A program made the position numbers and the translations under genes. Source: Octopus vulgaris (lineage: Eukaryota). Taken from it: 64,000 bases of DNA. Of the stretch, positions 55,801-64,000 are shown piece after piece (the stretch's first letter is position 1; each line of letters begins with the position of its first letter). Under the pieces are notes generated by a model. The model did not search any database. It was not told the origin of the DNA and saw nothing but the letters and a program-made list of their open reading frames with translations. The DNA lies in assembly GCA_951406725.2 (NCBI GenBank), contig OX597823.1, forward strand, positions 97,092,001 to 97,156,000, in the 5' to 3' direction.

Positions 55801-57944
55801 TGAACGAAGAAGTGAGGCAAAGGAATCGAAAAAGAATAAGAGAAAACAGTTAACGAAAATGAAGAAGAAAAACTGAAGGTGACGCTTGAAGAAGAGAAAG
55901 CCGACGAACGAAGAAGTGAAACAGTCAATGAAAATGAAGAAGAAAAGACTGAAGGTGACGGAGAAGAAGAAGAGAAAGGTGACGAACGAAGAAGTGAAGC
56001 AGTCAATGAAAATGAAGAAGAAAAGACTGAAGGAGACGATAATGAAGAAGCGAACGCCGATGAACGAAGAAGTGAGGCAAAGGAATCGAAAAAGAATAAG
56101 AGAAAACGTTCAGTTAACGAAAATGAAGAAGAAAAGACTGAAGGTGACGGAGAAGAAGAAGAGAAAGGTGACGAACGAAGAAGTGAAAGCAGTCAATGAA
56201 AATGAAGAAGAAAAGACTGAAGGAGACGATAATGAAGAAGCGAACGCCGATGAACGAAGAAGTGAGGCAAAGGAATCGAAAAAGAATAAGAGAAAACGTT
56301 CAGTTAACGAAAATGAAGAAGAAAAAAATGAAGAAGAAAAGACGAAGAAGTGAAAGTGAATGAAAATGAAGGTGACGGAGAAGAAGAAGAGAAAGGTGAC
56401 GAACGAAGAAGTGAAGCAGTCAATGAAAATGAAGAAGAAAAGACTGAAGGAGACGATAATGAAGAAGCGAACGCCGATGAACGAAGAAGTGAGGCAAAGG
56501 AATCGAAAAAGAATAAGAGAAAACGTTCAGTTAACGAAAATGAAGAAGAAAAGACTGAAGGTGACGCTAGTGAAGAAGAGAAAGCCGACGATCGAAGAAG
56601 TGAAAGAGTCAATGAAAATGAAGAAGAAAAGACTGAAGGAGACGATAATGAAGAAGCGAAAGCCGACGAACGAAGAAGTAATGCAAAGGAATCGAAAAAG
56701 AATAAGAGAAAACGTTCAGTTAACGAAAATGAAGAAGAAAAGACTGAAGGTGACGCTAGTGAAGAAGAGAAAGCCGACGATCGAAGAAGTGAAGGAGTGA
56801 ATGAAAATGACGAAGAAAAGACTGAAGGTGACGGAGAAGAAGAAGAGAAAGATGACGAACGAAGAAGTGAAACAGTCAATGAAAATGAAGAAGAAAAGAC
56901 TGAAGGTGACGGAGAAGAAGAAGAGAAAGGTGACGAACGAAGAAGTGAGGCAAAGGAATCGAAAAAGAATAAGAGAAAACGTTCAGTTAACGAAAATGAA
57001 GAAGAAAAAACTGAAGGTGACGCTAGTGAAGAAGAGAAAGCCGACGATCGAAGAAGTGAAGGAGTGAATGAAAATGAAGAAGAAAAGACTGAAGGTGACG
57101 GAGAAGAAGAAGAGAAAGATGACGAACGAAGAAGTGAAACAGTCAATGAAAATGAAGAAAAGACTGAAAGACGATAATGAAGGTGACGGAGAAGAAGCAA
57201 AGGAATCGAAAAGAAAGGTGTTAACGAAAATGAAGAAGAAAAGACTGAAGGTGACGCAGTCGACGATCGAAGAAGTGAAAGAGTCAATGAAAATAAGAAG
57301 AAAAGACTGAAGGAGACGATAATGAAGAAGCGAACGCCGACGAACGAAGAAGTGAGGCAAAGGAATCGAAAAAGAATAAGAGAAAACGTTCAGTTAACGA
57401 AAATGAAGAAGAAAAAACTGAAGGTGACGCTAGTGAAGAAGAGAAAGCCGACGATCGAAGAAGTGAAGGAGTGAATGAAAATGACGAAGAAAAGACTGAA
57501 GGTGACGGAGAAGAAGAAGAGAAAGCCGACGAACGAAAAAGTGAAGGAGTGAATGAAAATGAAGAAGAAAAGACTGAAGATGACGGAAAAGAAGAAGCGA
57601 AAGCCGACGAACGAAGAAGTGAAACAGTCAATGAAAATGAAGAAGAAAAGACTGAAGGAGACGATAATGAAGAAGCGAAAGCTGACGACCGAAGAAGTGA
57701 TGCAAAGGAATCGAAAAAGAATAAGAGAAAACGTTCAGTTAACGAAAATGAAGAAGAAAAGACTGAAGGTGACGCTAGTGAAGAAGAGAAAGCCGACGAA
57801 CGAAGAAGTGAAAGAGTGAATGAAAATGAAGAAGAAAAGTCTGAAGGTGACGCTAGTGAAGAAGCGAAAGCTGAAGGAACAAATAGCGAAAACAAATCAC
57901 TACTGAGCCGAATTCTACGCCATAATCACACAATTTTTTATTAG
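52807..57944 (+). CDS. Secreted acidic repeat precursor, giant terminal exon (89-aa higher-order repeats)
   Basis: cttacag| acceptor, phase 1, reads [10 protein letters not shown]...[13 protein letters not shown] in frame with ORF 52932-55535. Indels at about 55530-56350 and 57150-57300, but the last ORF (57471-57944, unique tail [16 protein letters not shown]) is back in the original frame. Confidence 0.75.
52929..57870 (+). repeat. Coding tandem array with a 267-bp unit (72+78+78+39 bp) and occasional 189-bp variants
   Basis: Equivalent positions at 54187, 54454, 54721, 54988 and 55255 are 267 bp apart. About 20 K-N-K-R-K-R linkers in total. Confidence 0.95.
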
Positions 57945-58508
57945 TTTATACTAAAAAATTACTTTCAACTTTTGCATCTGAAAGAAATTGAGGTCCAAGC
58001 TGTCTTGTGGAATATAAAATTAGGAAAAATAATTTGTGTTTTATTTGATGATTCATAAATTTCGTCCCCTTCTGGCAGAACCCTTAGCACCTCCGTCAAA
58101 ATACCCTAGCGACATTTGTTACGGCGCTCTGTTCTGAGTGGAAACTCTTTCGATCTCGACTTTTGCTTTCATTCTTTGTCTGTTGATAGAAGTAGACGAA
58201 ACTCTGAAAGAACGATTACTGTTTTTGTTGTTTAACCCTTGGTGAAAGCTACCGGAAGAGACCTTTCGTTAAACGCCTTCCCTTTGCTGGTCAGTGACGT
58301 GGCCTGAACATTGCCATATTGCTGGTTGCTCTCGATGCAGAATCTTTAGGGTCGTAACATTTAAAAAGAAATAATAATAGCTGAAGTATAACATGCCCTT
58401 TGCCCTATCCCCTATTCTTACATTTCCCCGGGCGTAGTTAGCCAAGCTACACAACTGTTCGTGGCTTTAACCTTTGTTTTGGGGTATGTAGGACAGAATT
58501 ATCTAAAG

Positions 58509-59418
58509 CAGTAGTTCTCAACCGTGGTCCATATTGTCCCTGAGGGTCCAAATAAGATTTTTATTGGTCCACGCAACAAAATAGTAAATTGGCGATCCAC
58601 AATTGTATTTGAAGGGCTTCTAAACAAATTTTGTTTTAGATGTATATATTGGTATTTATTGCAAGAAACGTGGAGGCACATGGCTTAGTAGTTAAGGTGT
58701 TGAGCTCATGATCGTAAGGTTGTAGTTTCGATCCTGGATCGGGCGATGCTTTGTGTTTTTGAGCAAAACACTTCATTTCACCACTCGGCTGGCAAAACTG
58801 AGTAATCCTGCGGTGAACTGGCGTCCCGCCCAGGTGGGAAATTTCTACGCCACTGAAACCGGGAAACCGACCCATATGAGCCTGGCATGACTCGAGAAGG
58901 AACATTTATTGGTGGAGGCACATGGCCTAGTGGTTAGAGCAGCGGACTCGCGTTCGAGGGATCGCCGGTTCGAATCTCAGACCGGGCGACGTGTGTGTTT
59001 ATGAGCGAAACACCTAAGCTCCATGCGGCTCCGGCAGAAGGTAATGGCGAACTTCTGCTGACTCTTTTGCCACAACTTTCTCTCACTCTTTCCTCCAGCA
59101 TCTTGCAGCTCACCGGCGACGGACCGGCGTCCCGTTCAGGTGGGGAACCTATACGCCAAGGAAACCGAGAAACCGGCCCTAATGAGCCAGGGGTGGCTCG
59201 AGAAAGAAACAAACATTGCAAGAAGCAGCTAGGTTTCTTTCTCTAGCATTTTACATAGTTCAACCTACACAATTTCCTGTGTGAATAGCAAAATAGGAAT
59301 TTTGAAAGAAGGTTCTATAAAACTAGTTTTTAAACATTGAATGGCTATGAGGGGTTCACCAGAATAAAATAGTAATCAAAGGGGTTTATAGATAAAAGAA
59401 AATGGTTGAGAACCCCTG
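58509..59418. mobile_element. hAT MITE carrying two nested SINEs (about 58670-58905 and 58911-59215)
   Basis: TIRs cagtagttctcaacc / ggttgagaacccctg and a perfect 8-bp TSD atctaaag. The SINE block is flanked by duplicated attgcaagaa. Confidence 0.88.
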
Positions 59419-60294
59419 ATCTAAAGAGTCTTTCTTTTAAATGTGTGAAGCATATCTGGCTGTTACTTCTCGCAATTTGACATGCAGCCTATATTCTCTT
59501 TCATCTGTTTTATTTTCAGGTTCAAGTGTAATCTGGTTTAAAGGTAAATACCGCGACACGTTAATAGTCTTCTTCGTCCTTGAGAAGGTCCGAGGCATAG
59601 GCTTTCATAACTGTTTCTGGTTTAGGTAAAGGGCCAGTAATTTTTGAGGGGAGGGCATTAAACGATAAAATCAATCCCAGTACTTTGCTGATTCTTCAAT
59701 TTATCGAACCCGTAAAGATGAAAGGCAAAGTTGACCTCGGAAGAATTTGAACTCACAACTTAAAGAGCCGGAAGAAACACGCAAGGTATTTTCTCCGATG
59801 CTGTAGCGATTCTGCCAGCGCGTTGCTTTAGGCTATATTTAGATTCAATAATTCTGATTCAGGTACAAGATCAGCAACGCTGAGTGTGAGCACAGTACTT
59901 AGCTGGTACTTTATTCTATCGACTTCGAAAGAGGAAAGACGAATTTGATCCCGGTCGTATTTCAACTCAGTCAAGAGCCAGAGAAAGTTCTTTATGGCAT
60001 TCTTTTCCCGACACTCTTGCCAGTCTGCCAACTCGCATCCATGTTTCTGTCCATGGATTTCTTTTATTTTTTTAAATCTTTTACTTGCTTCAGTCATTTG
60101 ACTGCGGCCATGCTGGGATGCCACCTTAAAGGGTTCTTAGTCGAACAAATCGACCCTACGACTAACCTTTTTAAACCTGATACTTATTCTATTGGTCTCT
60201 TTTCCTGAACCGTTACAATACGGTGACGTAAACACACCAACATCGTTTGTCAAGAGGTGGGGAAGGGACGAACAAAGTCACACAGAAATATCTA

Positions 60295-60385
<91 letters not shown>

Positions 60386-60534
60386 ATATATATATATACG
60401 ATGAGCTTTCTTCAGTTTCCGTCTACCAAATCCACTCACAAGACTTTAGTCAGCCCGAAGCTATAGTAGAAGACACTTGCCCAAGGTGCCACGCAGTGGG
60501 ACTTAACCCGGAACCATGTGGTTGGGAGGTAAGC

Positions 60535-60606
<72 letters not shown>

Positions 60607-60849
60607 GCGCGCGCACGCACACGCACGCACACACACACATACACACAGACATAACAGAGTTATTAGTGAGGGATTATCAATCTGGGCAAAATACTTTATA
60701 ATCTCTCTGCTAGAACACCAGGCTAACAATATTGTTTAGATTAGTGAAGAATTTCGCATAATCTTGTGGCAGGATACGTGGTTATACTTCATCACCATTC
60801 TGTATTGTAATCCATGGTTGTGTTCTAGTTATACTGGCTTTTACAGAGT

Positions 60850-61505
60850 GATATACAAGTATACAAGACAAGGCATAAATAATAGCCATTACATATTTAT
60901 CTTTATTGTAGTAAATTCGAATTCCAGCTGTTTCCAGTCGTCATTATAGGTTGGTTATGGATAAGTTTACTCAATCAGTTGAGAAGAATTGATCGACCTA
61001 GAAAATTAATGCAACTTTCGTCAGATACATTTCAAGTTGTTTAACCCCAGATACATTTTGTTGTTTAACCCTTGGTGAAAGCTACCGGAAGAGACCTTTC
61101 GTTAAACGCCTTCCCTCTGCTGGTCAGTGACGTGGCCTGAACATTGCCATATTGCTGGTTGCTCTCGATGCAGAATCTTTAGGGTCGTAACATTTAAAAA
61201 GAAATAATAATAGCTGAAGTATAACATGCCCTTTGCCCTATCCCCTATTCTTACATTTTTAAACAGAACACCAAATACCTGTACCGTTCCTTCAGTGTTC
61301 TGTTTGGTTCTAACCCGAAATGACTGACGAAAGTAGCATTAATCTTTTTAGGTCGTTCAATTCTTCTCAACTAATCAATGGGCTGATTGAGTAAACCTAT
61401 CAATAACCAACCTATAATGACTACTGGAAACAGCTGGAAGTCAAATTTACTACAATAAAGAAAAATATGTAACGGCTATTATTTATGCCTTGTCTTATAA
61501 TACAT
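60850..61505. repeat. Long inverted repeat (arms of about 175 bp) enclosing a copy of 58226-58425
   Basis: Arms about 60850-61024 and 61324-61505 are reverse complements. The spacer at 61059-61257 is nearly identical to 58226-58425. Confidence 0.85.
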
Positions 61506-61939
61506 ATATGACACAGTAGAGAGGAAATTTATTACAGTAGACATTACCGTATTGAGAGCTGATGGGTTGGCTGTAATTTACATACGTTCGTCGTCATACT
61601 TTAAGTGGATCAGTCCCTTGTCAATGCCATCAGTAATTTAGGTCTAAGACTAACTATTGCAGCAAGCACAGATATATAAACCTAACGACAAAGTTTTATG
61701 CAACACTGGTTTCAGATTTTGGCACAAGGCCAGCAATTTCATTTGAGTGAGCAAGGGGATTACATCGATCCCACTGATCAGTTAGTACATATTCTCTTGG
61801 CCCTGAAAGGATGAAAGGTAAAGTCGGCCTCGGTGGAATTTAAACACAGAGCGTAAAGACGGACGAAATGCCGCAAAGCATCATGTCCGGTGTGCAAACG
61901 ATTCTGCCAGCTGGCTACCCTAAAGTCATATGTAATACT

Positions 61940-62529
61940 GATTTCAAATTTTGGCACAAGGTCAGTTATTTCAGGGGCAGGTGCTCAGTGGGCTATATCG
62001 ACTCTATTGCTCAACTGGTACTAATTTTGTTGACACCGAAAGGATGAAAGGCGTAGTCGACCTCGGCGTAATTTGAACTCAGAACGTAAAGACAGACGAA
62101 ATACCTATTTCTTTACTACCCACAAGGGGCTAAACACAGAGGGGATAAACAAGGACAGACAAACGCATTAAGTCGATTGTATCGATCCCAGTGCGTAACT
62201 GGTACTTAATTTATTGACTCCGAAAGGATGAAAGGCAAAGTCGACCTCGGCGGGATTTGAACTCAGAACGTAGCGGCAGACGAAATACCTATTTCTATTT
62301 CTTTACTACCCACAAGGGGCTAAACACAGGGAGGACAAACAAGGACCGAAAAAAGGGATCAAGTCGATTATATCGACCCCAGTGCGTAACTGGTACTTAT
62401 TTAATCGACCCCGAATGGATGAAAGGCAAAGTCGACCTCGGCGGAATTTGAACTCAGAACGTAGCGACAGACGAAATACCGCTAAGCATTTCCCATGGCA
62501 TGCAAAGGATTCTGCCAGCTCGCCGCCTT
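61940..62529 (-). mobile_element. Multimeric Meta-type SINE (one head, three cores)
   Basis: Reverse-strand equivalent of the 38986 architecture, with gacgaaatac|ctatttc junctions at about 62104 and 62288. The head abuts (AAT)n. Confidence 0.85.
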
Positions 62530-62530
62530 C

Positions 62531-62594
<64 letters not shown>

Positions 62595-63114
62595 TTCATT
62601 TATTTGCCACAAGGGCAAAGGCTGAGCGGAACAATACAAAGATGGATGTAAAGTGTTGGGGTTTACTTAAAATAAAATAAGAAAAAAGGAAAAAGAAAGA
62701 AAGTAAGTATACATGGTATACACTGAAAAAGAAAGGACATGCATAGCATCGAAACGTTAAAAATAGATAGGTAGGAGGGATGATAGAAATGTGCCCTCCC
62801 CCTGCTCGATGAAGGCCTCTAGGGATAATCGAGGAACCCCACTGTCCAAGATTTCCCTGTACACAAACAGTAAGGGCCCTCTCCAATTCCCTCTCTCTGA
62901 CTCACAGGTCTACACTTAAAGAGGTACCATCCACTCTTGCCATTTTCGCAACTTTCACCTTCTCTACCCTCAATTTCCTTTTCAAATGAAACTCCTTTCA
63001 ACTAAAGGCACAAGGCCTGAAATTTGCGGGAGGGGGCTAGTCGATTATGTACCATAACTGGTACTAATTTCATCCACCCCGAAAGGATGACAGGCATGGT
63101 CGACCTCGGCCAAT

Positions 63115-63175
<61 letters not shown>

Positions 63176-63382
63176 GCAGCAGCAACAACGACAATAACAA
63201 CAACAATGTTAAACTGCGTTAAGTAACACATGCTACCTTCCCCCTTTCCAAATACACTTGTGTCTTAAATAGATGGATTTGCTTTTGTCTGTTTGTCTCT
63301 TTGGTGTTGTTTACACACACACACGCACACACACACACACACATACAAACGTACATACATACATACATATATATATATATAT

Positions 63383-63910
63383 CTTATGATAAAAGGCAGA
63401 TTTTCTCTGCCTGTTCCCATGTTCCTTTTTAATACAATTCTACAATATAGAATTTCTTCAATTGGAATTTACCTACGATTTTTACATGTAGATTCGATTG
63501 GGTCATGGCATATAAAGTTTTTTCAATTTGACCCCCAATTAAGCAAAAATTCGAGAAAAGTAAATATTTTACGATTTGCCTCTCTAATTTCAACTGCTTC
63601 ACTCATGCTATTACCATAATTTCTCCTACTTTCTCTTTGCAAGTGTACCTTAAACCACTACTCAAAAAAATACAGACCAAACAGAAACAAATAAATACAT
63701 AACGATTTACTCCTCACACAATTTCTTCAATTAGAGTTTACCTATGATTTTTCCAAGTACATTCCATTCGGTCATGGCATATAAATTTCTTTCAATTTCA
63801 CCCCCAATTAAGCAAAAATTCGAGAAAACTCAATATTTTACGATTTCCCTCTCTCACTTCAAAGGCTTTACTCCGCCTATTACCACACTTACTCCCACTT
63901 TCTCTTTACA
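63383..63910 (+). mobile_element. Helitron-like 5' fragment with an internal 270-bp tandem duplication
   Basis: Starts tcttatgataaaaggcag, like the 26312 element. aatttcttcaatt...acccccaattaagcaaaaattcgagaaaa is repeated at 63451 and 63721. Confidence 0.55.
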
Positions 63911-64000
63911 CACATAGACACGCAAACATATACATATATGACAGTGTCAATTGTTGAAAGAAAATTGTAAGCTAAGGTGTGTGTGTGTGTGTGTGTGTGT

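Noticed and set aside
53014-57819. Series of 88-aa Lys-rich ORFs (MKMKKKRLK...)
   Set aside because: Alternate-frame readings of the 267-bp unit, each closed by a periodic stop.
52929-57870. CRISPR-like or non-coding satellite interpretation of the array
   Set aside because: No unique spacers, eukaryotic context, all unit lengths are multiples of three and the array is spliced in frame to upstream exons.
58911-58990. tRNA-like sequence
   Set aside because: SINE head continuing into a repeated body with other copies at 11700 and 50470; not a standalone tRNA gene.

Overview
AT-rich, microsatellite-dense animal DNA. The SINE, LINE and microsatellite repertoire suggests an octopod cephalopod (inference). 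The window contains: (1) the last two coding exons of a VTA1/LIP5 (ESCRT, Vps4 activator) gene at 1645-4678; (2) about 45 kb of mostly transposon-derived sequence, including Meta- and CORE-type tRNA SINEs, RTE, L1/Tx1, R4/Dong and CR1/jockey-like LINE fragments, Tc1, mariner, hAT and Helitron remnants, and several Penelope-like segments with minimal hammerhead ribozymes, often as inverted pairs; (3) a three-coding-exon gene at 49911-57944 that the ORF track splits up. That gene encodes a signal peptide, a compact six-cysteine domain and about 1,700 aa of acidic higher-order repeats (89 aa = 24+26+26+13), with every sub-repeat ending in an RR|S or KRKR|S basic site. It looks like a secreted polyprotein precursor of no family I recognise and is the top candidate for a novel system. 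Most short ORFs in the track are microsatellite or antisense artefacts. Repeat boundaries are approximate.
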